Positions 37,333 to 50,300 of a stretch of DNA of 64,000 bases are shown here, one piece after another. Source of the DNA: Antedon mediterranea (taxonomy: Eukaryota > Animalia > Echinodermata); NCBI RefSeq assembly GCF_964355755.1, contig NC_092673.1, positions 27,401,648 to 27,465,647 of the forward strand, in the 5' to 3' direction. Under the pieces are notes generated by a model. That model was not told the DNA's origin, made no database searches, and was given only the letters and a program-made list of their open reading frames with translations. The position numbers and the translations under genes were made by a program. How positions within the stretch are numbered: the stretch's first letter is position 1; every line of letters starts with the position of its first letter.

Positions 37333-39974
37333 ACTTTCCTTAAAACAGATTTTATCGACAAAAACTTTAACATATCGTCTCTGAGGCTGGGAATGATTCT
37401 GACGGTTATAGAACTTCTAATGAAGGATCTTAACGAAAAGAAACAATCACAATAATTATAAAGAAGACCAAAACAATCAAGCAACAAAATTGGGTTCAGT
37501 GTAAACCAACTTGTAACTGTAAAACATTTTATTTATTGTGAGATACTCTCAGTAATACCGCTGGGTGGTTTACTATTTCTTTTTATAAAATTTATATATA
37601 TAGACATTGTGATATTTGTTTTGAACATAGTACACAGACATCATGTTCATGTTTTTATAAATTGTAGTATTTACTAATCAAATAAATAAAAACATAAATG
37701 TATTTATTCGTCAATCGTGTAAATTGTGTAAAAGGTTGAATACTGTTTCCTTATTTATTTATCAAAACGTCACAACATGTCTCTTTTAATTACACCTGAA
37801 TTACAACAGTATTTACCAAAGAAAACGCACAGGGAAATTTACAGTATTTTACCAATGGTACCAAAGATTGTTTCTTCAAAAGTGTACGATAACCCCATAA
37901 AACGTCTGTATGTAAAGTCTAAATAGTTCGTAAAACCATAGAGGACGCTATTTCACATTTATATATAAATATATTTTGAGAGTCAACAATTTTTTTCAAA
38001 ACTAGATACACGTGGGCCTGCCGCAAACTTCATATCAACAATATAGGCTATATTTGTTTCTTGTGTAAATCAAAATATGAAAAATTGGATGAAATTATTT
38101 TTGCTCGAAAAAAAAACTCCACCAACAGTTTCGTACTGACAAACCTGTTGTATTCTTCCAACTAGGACTTTAGCGTAAATAAACAGATATCATATCATTT
38201 GTTTTAGGCCTAGAGTGCTTCTAAAAAACATAATTTCAATAGGGGTTTAAATGCATTAGGAAAACAATATTATCATATAAAAGTAGGAAATGGAGGAGCT
38301 TGGAGCCAAGGAAGGTGAACCAATCGGAACATAATGAATCCGAAAGTGGATTGTTATAAAACTATTGTACAAAATGTCGACATTTACAACTTAGATAGAC
38401 ATTAAGTTGACTGCAGTTTATTTATTTGTAATTACAATTCATTAAAAACATTTTTTTCTATCTACGTAAATCTATAAAATCTTTGTAAAAGGCGTCGATA
38501 TAATAAGCATTTAGATTATAATTGTAAAATATTAAGCAATAAATATATTAGATTTTAGATGATTATGTATACTTGTATATTGTTTATGTAATATTTAACT
38601 TTGTTTTATTTTTCTGTACATTTCTGTGTTGACCAAACAAACCCGGTCGTTGTGTGACAATGGAATAAACTAAAAACTACTAAGATGAAGAATTCGTTTT
38701 TGTTTTACTACTGTTAATACTTTGTCTTGTACTTTGGACATGCAAAACTTGAACTGCTGTGTTGCCATGCGGTTGTGGTAATGAAATAATGGTAGCTACT
38801 GGTGATTAATGGACGGTACCAGAGACATGTTGGTACTGGGGACGTTTGGTGAGTTGTGATGTGGTGGAATAGACAGCACTATTCATGGTGTGACAGGTAA
38901 ATGATGATGGTTGTGTTGTTGCAACCAGGCTATCGGTGGTTGCAATCAAGAAAAAGTGAAATCCTCATCAGTGGTTACAATGGGCAATTGTATCGTTAAG
39001 CGGCGATCCCTAATGATCCCATTGATACTTTAATTTGGTTGGCCTAGTTCTATTATATATATTATATCTACAACAACTTTACGTCTACATAACTACAGTA
39101 AATAAATTACATAAATTGGCCCTTTTTTTCATCCATGTCAACAGGAAGTACTGTAATCACTCTTTTAAAAATCAAACGCCTTCAAACGTAAAATGGACGG
39201 GTAACAACATTTAACATTTACACACAATGATTTAATTCGCTACCGCACGCAATGTACAATTTTACTAAAATAATACCGTGTACCTTCAATAAATAGCATC
39301 AAACAAAGGCCAGCGGAAAGGAAACAAACTCGGCAAAACAAAATATAAATAAAATTTCGGAAACGGGAAATAGAACGACTCGGTAAGACAGTTAATCGTG
39401 ATATATTGATATCGATGTGACAAAAGAAATAAACGGAGCAACAAAAACAAGTCAAGACCTTTGGAAGCTGACACAAAACTAGACGAGTATCATCTCAACT
39501 GGGATCTTCCTTTCGCATTCAACATGAATGATTACCTTACAAACTGTTGCTGTTGTTATTTTGACAGCGTTTTTATATAAATCATTTGGAGTACACGAAC
39601 TACAGGTAAAATGAAAACAAATAACTTGATGTAAATCTAGTTGTCACGGTTACCTTTCACAGTAAAAGGAAGGGTGGACACGCAATAAACTATTTTAAGC
39701 TATATTTATGAGGGCATACTTTTAAATAGCATCAATGAAAAACAATATCTTACAAATATAATATGAATATCTAAATCAAGAACGTCATCACCTCAAAAAC
39801 ATTAACGTCACACTTATGTTAAATCAGGTATGGTATCATTTTATAATCTTCCCTTGTTAAATCAAGAACGTTATTAAAAATGTTACCCTTGTTGCAACGT
39901 CAAATTAAAAACGTCACCCTTCAATTAATTTTTTAGGTATGACTACCGTATCTCAAAAAAGTCATCATTCTTGT

Positions 39975-40400
39975 GTTAAATCAACGACGTCGTTCTTGGG
40001 TTCGTCTTTCTTGAGTTAAATCAACGACGTCGTTCTTGCGTTAAATCAACGACGTCGTTCTTGCGTTAAATCAACGACCGACGTCGTTCCTGCGTTCAAT
40101 CAACAACGTCGTTCTTGCATTAAATCAATGACATCGTTTTTTAGTTAAGTCAACGACGTCGTTTTTTATATGAACGACGTCGGTTTTGCTGTAGGCCTAT
40201 ATGAACGACGTCGTTTTTGCGTTAAATCAAAGACGTCGTACTTGCGTTAAATGAACGGCGTTAAATCAACAACGTCGTTTTTGCGTTAAATCAACGACGT
40301 CGTTCTTACGTCAAATCAACGTCGTAAAGCAAAACCTTCGTCGTTATCAATGACGGCATAGTTAAATAGACATCAGCGTCCTTGAGAAAAATCAACGACG
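39975..40400. repeat. Minisatellite, about 25-bp unit TAAATCAACGACGTCGTTCTTGCGT
   Basis: More than 12 imperfect copies; each has the palindromic core AACGACGTCGTT. Confidence 0.85.
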
Positions 40401-41159
40401 CTATTCAGTAAGTCTAAGGTCATCGTTCTTCTTTCCATTTAAATGCAATTTTAATTGTTATATGGGCAAAAATATATATTCCGAAAATGGGGGAGGGACG
40501 GACGTCAATTTCGCGACTCCGTTACGCTCGATTGATTCATAGTATGTGTTTGCAAAAGCAGTAAAAGAATAAAAAACATTACATAGTTTAATACGTTTAT
40601 TTTCAACTTGGACATGCTTACTATTATAGATATATATACATATGCAATTTTATGCTTAGCGTTATAACTGAACGCTGCTAGGTATGAAGGGCCGATTCAC
40701 ACCGATTAATAGAACCGTGTATAGGCTCTATGTTACTTGGAATACCGTTTTCGCTCTCGCTCTGATGTGAATATAAAATATAGCAAGTCTAGTTACATTT
40801 GGATCTTTTTCTCGATGAAAGTCTTTCAAATCCCTGTGAGGTGACACTGCTAGCACCACAAACTAAAACACAATTTTATAATACATTGAGGGGGCTTTTA
40901 TAGAAATGTCCTGGAATTCAAATAAATCCAGAACAGTAGTACAGTACTAGTAAACAAAAAACAGTTTTTGTTTGTACACAACTGTTTAATAAAATTCTGC
41001 AGTTGTTATTGGTCCAGGCAACACATGCAAGGACATATAACTGACCTGATCTGTTGTTAATACACTACAATGTTCACACAGTAAAATGTGTAATTGTGTA
41101 TGGTAAGCTACCAAAAAGCCTCCATAAATATGTAGGTTGAAAGCTGGCATTTACGCTAA

Positions 41160-41458
41160 TGCACTGCCACGTTCAGGCAGTGAAATATGTTTTTGTGTAC
41201 AATAAGCTACTGCCATGTTCAGACAGTAAAATGTGCAATTGTTTACAATAAGCTACTGCCATGTTCAGACAGTAAAAAGTGTAACTGTTTACAATAAGCT
41301 ACTGTCATGTTCAGACAGTAAAATTTGTAATTGTGTACAATAAGCTACTGCCATGTTCAGACAGTAAAATGTGTAATTGTGTACAATAAGTTACTGCCAT
41401 GTTCAGACAGTAAAATGTGTAATTGTGTACAATAAGTTACTGCCATGTTCAGACAGTA
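41160..41458. repeat. Minisatellite, 46-bp unit AATAAGCTACTGCCATGTTCAGACAGTAAAATGTGTAATTGTGTAC
   Basis: About 6.5 near-identical copies starting about 70 bp past the MRPS18B stop codon. Confidence 0.9.
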
Positions 41459-41529
41459 CCATAAGTGTTAACACTCAAAATGAAATGCATAGTAGGACCA
41501 AAACTCACTCCTCATGACCAGTTGATCTG

Positions 41530-44500
41530 TCAAGATGTCGTCGTTTCTTTCCTTACTCCAGGATGATCTGTGTAATAGTCTTTGTAATCATATTTCACAA
41601 AGATTGGTATTGGATTTGGCATCAGCCCTGCAAAATACAAGATATATATTACTGTATATATAATTGGATGATTACCATAACTACCAAAACCACAACTACC
41701 AACACATTTACTTATAGGGTACCAAATGTATCTTTACATGTTTATACCAACATTCAACCATACCCCACAACTACTACTGTACACCACCACCACAACCATC
41801 ATGGTACAGTTACCAAATACAATTACCAAATAGATCAGACTGTTTTAAAGCTGGTTATATAGTCCAAAAATCAACAAGCTACCACAACCACACTTCTATC
41901 AACTTCTCTCCAACCATCATGGTACATTCGATTACCTGCACCTAATGGATACCAGGTGGTATTTTCGGTACAACTATCATATACTTACCGATAGCTCTAG
42001 CTTCTTCAACTGCTTTCACTAACTGTTTGTACCTCATTTGGCAAATACTGGTTCTATACCAACTATATATTTCTAGTGAGTGTGGACATACAAATTGTTC
42101 AAGCAATTTCACATTCTAAGTAAAAAAAAATCAAATAATTATTCATATTATTTATTTTATCGCGTTTTTGCAATCTGCCTTTGTAATGAGTTTTTAAACA
42201 GTATTACTGTATAACATAGGCCTATAAGTAGGCTTTTATTTGTCTCACTAGAAAATGTCCCCTTAAAGATGTATTGTCCCCTTAAAGATGTATTGTCCCC
42301 CTGAAAAAATATTTTGAAAAAATATTTTTTTTAATTTGATCAAAAAAACAAAAACATGTGTTCATTTTTTCTCTTCTACGGAATTGAATAATTTTATCTG
42401 TACACTGTAAAATGCCTATTCAAAGTCTGATTTTATAAATCATTATTTTTTCATGATTTCAGGGTACAATACATTAATAGGAAGAAATGGGAGTGTCCTA
42501 AGAGGGGTACTACAGTCTAAATAACATTGGAATGTAAGGCTTACATAAATAAACTTAATTCCTTACTTTGTGATGCAACAAGAGCCGATCATCTCTGCAT
42601 AGTGGGCATGGGTTGCCAGCTACTCTGTATGTGTCCCCCTTTCCTCTCTAAATTAATTGAAATAAAAAATGCTATTTACATACAGTATTTTAGTGCAGTC
42701 TGCAATAGGTATGGTTAACTGGACTTGTGTTTTCAAAAACTCATTATTTGGAGTCAGTTGTATACTATGTCATTAAAAACATAATCAGTGCAACGATTGG
42801 TTTTAATGTTATGTACTTCCGGATTCAGAGTGTGCATATGAAATTGTAAAAGTTTTAAAACATAAAAGAAATTTACTTTTAACACAAAGATTCTTTTTCT
42901 ATAGTTATACCCTAGTGATGGATACAGTGGCAGATTAAAAACATTTTGCCAGGATTGATATGGAGGGCTAAAGTGGAGGGATCACAGAGACTGCTTTAAT
43001 GGTACAAAAAATCATAAACTTACTATGCACATTTTTCTTGTTTTCTGTAAAAAAAAGAAAAGAAACAGTTAGTTTAGTCAAATATATAATATAACATACC
43101 ATTTGTGTGGTGAGAACCAAAATGTAATTAATAATTGTATTAAATAAGATAAAGAATAATGCACTTGTCAATTGGATGCATCATTTACAAATAATTATCG
43201 ATGCAAGTGAGCGTTAAAAAAAACCTAGATGGTACATCAGAACAGTAGTGTGTTAATGTCCGTCACTTTAACACCCTCCATATATAACAACATGGTCCCG
43301 CTCACGGGAGTCGTATAGTAGGTCATACAATTGACATGTGCATAAACTGTACTTACATTTGGTGGAACTCCACCCTTAAAATTACGTCTATAATTTGAAA
43401 ATACTGGCTTGTTGCCATACTTTTCTAAGTATTCCTCGCTTCCTATGTACTCGATGGCAGTCTCTAAATCAACTGGTTTAGCTTCTACTTTTTCTTCAGT
43501 TACTTCATCATCATCTTCTAAATGCTCTTCATTATGAAATGTTGTAGATGTATTGATAGACCTAATAGTGTAAATACCACTGGTTACTTCTTTTTGGAGT
43601 ATCTGTAATTGTAAATGAGGAAAAAGACAAATTTATTAGCAGCATAAAATGATTTCTTCATTTAATATATATCAGGTTTTTTAATTACTTTTAAATATAA
43701 ACACGAGAAACTATAGGACGGTCATATATTATTCTACGCTCGGTACGACCATCCAGTAAGTTTTTTTTTATAAGATAAAGATTGAAATATGGTTTTCCAT
43801 CATAGGGTATCAACAACAAGCTTGGTTGTGCCCTATAGTTTGTATTTATTTAATTGAATTGTAGCCTAGGCCTATTTTAGGGCCTAGTAGGAAAATAGGC
43901 CTATATAGCCTAGCCTAGGCCTAATATTATATTATATAACAGTTTTGCAATTTTTTGCACAGCAAAAATATTTAAAAGTTAGATCTAATTAACATTAATT
44001 AATAATAATAAATATTAATAATAATATTATTTATAAAGCGCACATATCCACTAGAAGTGCTCAAGGCACTAACCAACAAAGTTGATCATGTTCATGGGTT
44101 ATCAAATCAATAACACATCTTGGCCTAGTACTACTACTAGCCTATAGTATTAGTATCATCACTATCTATCAGGTCCATGGAGGTATAAAAATAAAAAATG
44201 TTATACCTCCATGATCAGGTCAGTATCATATCAATTTTTATTTCATATTTTTACATAATGATAATTAAATTTAAACATGATGATAGCACCCCATTGTGTG
44301 ATCTTGTGAACGTTTTATATCATAATTATAACCCTACCGGGCGTTACCGGTCGAATTTTAGTATGACCGAATACAGTACTGTATACTGTATGTAGTTAGG
44401 CCCACTCGTCTGACATTCCTTTCCCCTGGTTGTTATGCTCGCAGCGCACACGCACATATTCACATGTGTGGCCTTCCTCGGCTCGTCTTTAGACTTATAG

Positions 44501-44687
44501 CCGACATCATATGGTTTATTTGGCTGTTATAAAGACTAAAGCAAATAGAAATAGGCCTAGGCCTATTCAAAATCACATTTATTACCTTAGTAGTAGGTTT
44601 ATAGGCCAGCAAAACTCTGCATTTCGAGCTTTTTGAAATGTTTTGCAAAATAAATCTTCGACACACCGTCCTCATAGAGGCTGCCAT
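41530..44687 (-). CDS. MRPS18B: 28S ribosomal protein S18b, mitochondrial (mS40), 6 exons, about 224 aa
   Basis: Exons (minus) 44687-44586, 43602-43357, 43044-43024, 42647-42567, 42115-41989, 41627-41530, all phase-consistent. Translation [54 protein letters not shown]...[12 protein letters not shown] matches the MRPS18B signature; basic N-terminal transit-like peptide [11 protein letters not shown]. Confidence 0.93.
42263..42478. mobile_element. Kolobok-like MITE, degenerate copy with duplicated left end
   Basis: TTAAAGATGTATTGTCCCC twice in tandem; right end AGGGTACAATACATTAA. Confidence 0.6.
44010..44072 (-). repeat. Probable LINE/SINE 3' tail remnant with (ATT)n end
   Basis: AATAATAAT...TTATTTATAAAGCGCACATATCC...TGCTCAAGGCAC resembles an L2-type 3' end; inference only. 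Confidence 0.35.
44176..44213. mobile_element. Micro-palindromic CA...TG insertion (38 bp) with 8-bp direct flanks
   Basis: ATCAGGTC-CATGGAGGTATAAAAATAAAAAATGTTATACCTCCATG-ATCAGGTC. Confidence 0.7.
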
Positions 44688-46434
44688 TTTGAATAATTCA
44701 GACGGCCAACAAAATATTTAAAAGAGCGTTCAAAACACAGATGGCGCCACATCTGTCATTTGCCACAATCCGAATCGAAATAAAACAAAAATGTGTCCGC
44801 CAAGTTTCGAACTGCTCCTTTTATATAATCGTGTAAAAATTCTAGACTCTCTTTTTTTACATAAATTAAAATTGCATAAAAAAATATACAGTACCGTACT
44901 CAGGCAAACCTAAGTTGCTATACATTATATATGGAATGTTTTTATACAATTTATAGTTTCTGTAATTTCCCTGACATTTTAATAACTATTAACGGCTGCA
45001 TATCTCTCATATCTAGTTCGATTTTTTATTCTTTTTAAAATTAACCATACCAGTCGATAATTATGCCTACATCATTCACTGTTCATTGGTAATGGTATTG
45101 TTTAAGAGCATATACAGCAACAACAAAATACAAACGTTATAACGTATTAACAAGTTTTTTTTTTATATGACGAAAAATGACAATAAAAAGAAAACACGGA
45201 AAACAACAATTTCATTTTGCCACATTATTTCACATGGCCCTCTGTATTGTTCGCTTTCATTACATTTTCACATTTTAATTTTACATTTTTACAATCATAG
45301 AGAAACTTAAGGTACATAAAGTAACAGTTAATTGCGCAATAAACAACATTATTAATTTTGCAATAAAATACAGTGACCACATGAACCAAGAGACACATCG
45401 GATATTACCTCCCTAGGCTTCGTCAGTATTGGTACTGTGGAATACTATATTATTAATCACCAAAGAGTTATTTAAAATAACTTCTTGGTATTACCAAAGG
45501 CAATTGGTATTAAAAAATTACTATAATAAAAAAGTGATGACTCTATGAGTAAATTAAATAATAATCTTATTTAACGATACCATAGGGTACAATAATAAAA
45601 AGGGCCTATAAAACTAGGTGGACCACGACTTATATCTAACCTCTTCAGCCAAAATACATTAGTATCGCTGTTTGTATTTTGTTCATTCAATATTCCATGA
45701 CGATGACAATAAAATGTCAAAATATTAAACCCTAACATTATGGAGAATTTAAATTACAATAGAAGTATTTTGTTTTTAAATTTCGTTTTTCTAGATGAAT
45801 ACCTTGCGTTGCGTAGCATATTCACTCGATCGGTCATCAAAATTTGACGGACAAAAGGGCACAAACGATTTAGAATGTCTTTACGTGTCTGCTGTTCTTT
45901 CCTTTCAGCCACCAATGAATAATTATTTTTTAACAAAATGATGCACGTTACCCTTTACACCATTCTCTTTCTTTTACGCTTTAGTCAAGTTTCTTGCGTC
46001 CACTTTCGTGAAATAGCGAAGAAAACACAAACAAAAAATATTATAAAAATAATCTTATTTCATTTGTTGAAAAAATTATAGATACATAATTTTACATATC
46101 TCATGAGATAATAAATTACAAAGTAAACTATTTGTGATTTTATACATCTACTGACGTTAAACGTAAACCTGAAATTTTTTTAAAAATCCACATTTTCTTA
46201 ATGAAATAATTACGTCATACATCCACTTCAAAACATTTACGAATTGGGCAACAAAAACCACAAAATATCTAAAATTATATTTGTAAAATTCAATTCAATA
46301 ATTTCAGTCAATATATTATTAAAATATTTGTAGAGATCAAATGGTATTAATACTCATTGTTCGGTTTATTTTTAATTTGATATGATTTTGATTTCCGTTA
46401 ATAATTTGATTACTTTGTGGAAACTCATGTTATC

Positions 46435-46800
46435 ATTCAATCTACTATTGATTATTATTCAATCGATTGATTGATTTAAGTCAATGACTAATTATTGATT
46501 GATTTATTTCAATCGACTGATTAATTATTGACTGATTTATATAAAACGATCGATCAATTATTGATTGATTTCAAACGATTGATTAATTATTGATTGATTT
46601 ATTTCCAACGATTGATTCATTATTGATTTATATCAATCGATTGATTATTTATTTATTAATTATATATCATTTATGAATTTATTAATTCAATCAATTATAG
46701 ATTGATTTATTTAATCAATTATGGTATTATTTATTCAATCAATTAATGATTATTCAATCAATCAAATATTGATTTATTTAATAAATCAATTATTCATTGA
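46435..46800. repeat. AT-rich low-complexity tract (TTGATTGA / TCAATCAA units)
   Basis: Degenerate GATTGATTAATTATT units that switch to the complementary orientation around 46680. Confidence 0.6.
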
Positions 46801-47349
46801 TTTTGTTATTCTTATTATGTCTTTGTTCTTTCTCATCATCTATTGTAATAAACGTTTTTTTTTTTGTTGTTTTACATGTGTGGTGGGTGGATATCAACTT
46901 GGTGGGAAATGGAGTTGTTGTTACAATACCTGCTTTTGTCCAAAAGAAAAATACTTCCAATTTCAATTGGCTTTCAACATGTCCAATATCATGATTAGAA
47001 GTGATTGAGATGGAGTAAACAAACACAATATTTAAATCTGCATTCAACTACAACCAACCAATAAAATGCTTTGACTAGTTGTTAGCCTCCAATCACAATG
47101 TACATGTAAATTAAATATTTGCATATTTAGATATAATTGGCAAGTCATAGTTTTTCTTTTCACAATTCTTTTTACATTTTCTCCTTAAGAAGAAAACAAG
47201 CAATTTACAGCTCATGATTACTGTACTGATTTTGAATCAATCATAATCATTATACAAGCTTTTGAAATTGTTTGGCCTTCCATATCTTTCGGTTGCAAGC
47301 ACGGCTTTTCATCTTCGGTGGGTGGCGACTGTAACAGTAGGAGACATGT

Positions 47350-50300
47350 TCATATAGGTGGACCATTAATACCAGGATGCAGAAAATGACAATTATTGGC
47401 CATCCGACAACCTCCACGATTCATAAAATGCCAACAGGGTTCTGAGCGCCCTCGTCCACGTGCCCCTCGACCACCACGCATCCCACGACCACCACGCATG
47501 CCTCGCATTGCACCTCTCGGTGGCGGTGGTGGTGGTGGACCTCGATGCTCTCCTCGGCCCATATTTGGTGGAAAGGGGAAAGGAGGACGTGGTCCTCTAA
47601 AATTTCCTGGTGGGATACCTGAAAGATTAAAAATTTAAAGAACCTTTTATAAGAATTGTATATTCATAACCAAAAAAAAAATCATCTAAAAAAACCATAT
47701 ATTTTATGAGAGACAGTGTATTTCTTGTTATACACATTAATGTGATTGGTATCAAAATGCCGGAATTGTACAGAGTAAGGTATTAAACTACCACCGTTGT
47801 GGGGTGGGTACCTTTGCTTGGGCGTCTCTCTACTACTGTATATTTAGAAACTAATAGCATTTTACATGCATCACTTAAATTTATACAGTAATTTTATTTT
47901 TGCAAAAAAAAAAAAAATAAATACTTACTACCAATTATACCTCCCCTTCCTCGTATAGGGGGTCTCATAAATGCCATAGGGTCATTTGGATTAAACGGCA
48001 TTCTGGGTCGGGGACCACTACCTAAAAAAATACAGCATAAATTACATTAATGTCAAAACTAATTTGTATATAAAGGAATTGGAAATAATGTTTAATGTAT
48101 AACATTTTTACACATTTTAAAAAAAGTAATATTAAACGACCGTTCAATAGATTGTACAATTGCATGGCAATGACCCACATTCGTCCAATCAAATGACAGG
48201 AATTTATTTAGGTGTTGTATAATTTTTTGTTATTAGAATTACTTTATAATCACAAATCATATTACATGAAGAATATCACATAATATATTTGCTGTATATA
48301 GTTGAATTAATATTAAATATTATCTCAATTTGCCTTACCTTGTCCTTTTAAGCTTTCCACAATTTCTTTTAGTTTTGATGTGAGCCCTTCCTCCTGGTCA
48401 TGGCCTTGGCCCTGCAAACATTAATTTGAATATGATATTTTTGCATGTTTGTATACAGGTGACAAACACAGGTGAATAATTAATGTTATATGAATACAGG
48501 AATCCCTTCTTTGGGAAACTCATAAAAGGGTATTTTTCACATGAAATGAGCAAGGTCAATATGTGATATATTATCACAATGGCCAACCCCTATTCATGGG
48601 GAAAATATTTGATTGGGTCTCAAATATATTCAAATAATGGTAAGGAGTTGTAACAGGCTGGCCTTCTCCCGCTCAAATACTACATTTCTAACAATTGTAA
48701 AAGCAATACAATAAACAAAAGTAGTAATATATAATGAGACAATACAAAAATACCATTAATAGACCTGCCTGCATAACCTGTTTGATTAATATACATTTTG
48801 AATTGAAATTGTTTATGGCATGCTGATCTATTTTTATACATATATATAAACACATCAGGCAAAGAACATTAATTCTAAACCGCCCAGTGATATACTGAAA
48901 TTTAAGTAATTAATTTGAAACGATAAAGATGAGGAAATCATCTTATTATGTTTTAAACCTGTTAGTGGCGGTAATTATCGCTGTTAGTCTTGATTGAATA
49001 AGATAAAATAAAATAATAAATTTGTATATAATTATATATATAATAAATGAACATACCATAAGTGTAGACAGCACATGATGTACGTTGTCATAAGCGGACG
49101 GTGCATTGGGATCTTCCATTTGGCCAGGTTCATATTGTGCATACTGTGCATTAGGGTCGTACTGTCCCGTCATGTTGTACTCTGCATTCGGGTCATAATC
49201 TTGATTTGGGTCAAATTGCATATTGGGGTCAAATCCTTCCTCTGCACTGCTGCTTTCCTGAAATATGCAATACAATAATTTTATTAATAAAAATAATTGA
49301 TAAATATTAGATTTATAACTTTTAGTAGAAACAAAAAGAGAAAACAATTTTTTGTAAAAACTTTTATCAAAACAGCAAAAATTTGAATTTCAAATCAAAT
49401 TAAAAAACATTTATTATTAATTAGCAATACCAAGGAAGTGCTAACCAGACAACTTACATCTTCCAAAGGAATCCTCTTTACTTCTGATGGTTCCAAGATT
49501 TCTGGATCTGGTTCCATTGGCGTTTCCGGAAGACTGGCCTTATCAAAGAACAGCACCTGAAGGACAGCCATCTCTCGCTGCCGTTGAGTCTCTTTCTCGT
49601 GGCTTGAGCATACAACCTCTGGCGGTGCATTTGGAATGTGCAACTTGATGGGACGTTTCCACTGTAAAAAAAAAAAAATTGTTTTTTATATATTATTTTT
49701 TGTCCAATTGTTGCAAAATTAAAGAGCATTCGTTTCAAAATTTTTTTACAATATAAATGTTAGACATACCATGATGAATTCTATCGTGCCCTTTGATATC
49801 TTCTCATCACTGGGTTGTACCTTCTTCACGGCCATCATGGCTTCCTTCTCACTTTCTCTTTCTAAACGCTTGGCATCGGCAAAATTTGAAACTTTATTTA
49901 CATTCACTAGAAAGAGATTATAAATCATAAAATATGCATTCATATGAATTAACAAAAATAAATTAAAAAAAACTCCCAAAAATATTTGGTAAAATTTAAA
50001 ATGTGTATGTTGTTTACCTCTTTCACTCTCGTCCAGCTCAAAGTAAAGAACATCCACTAGATCATCATCTGGTTTCCATCTAACAGATTTCTTCTTCTTT
50101 TTGGTACCAGATTTATTATCTTCTCCATCCTTTGTTTCCTCGTCATCCTCTGTTGTTCCAGCGGAGTAGAATCGAACTATAAATAAAATAAATAAATAAT
50201 CTTTAGTATATTGTGTAAATGATAAAAAGGTGCAAATACGCAAGAGCGAAGAATTGAAACATTCCAAATTTGATTATATTATATACTTATTATTATATAT

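Noticed and set aside
39975-41458. Tandem arrays as a CRISPR array
   Set aside because: Units abut without unique spacers, there are no cas genes, and the context is eukaryotic.
43801-43838. Additional CA-starting palindromes (CATAGGG...CCCTAT; also 45461-45487)
   Set aside because: No clear flanking direct repeat, so not counted among the micro-palindromic insertions.
47396-47638. Plus-strand Pro/Arg-rich ORF (also 49075-49278 and 51428-51649)
   Set aside because: Antisense shadows of PPP1R10 exons.
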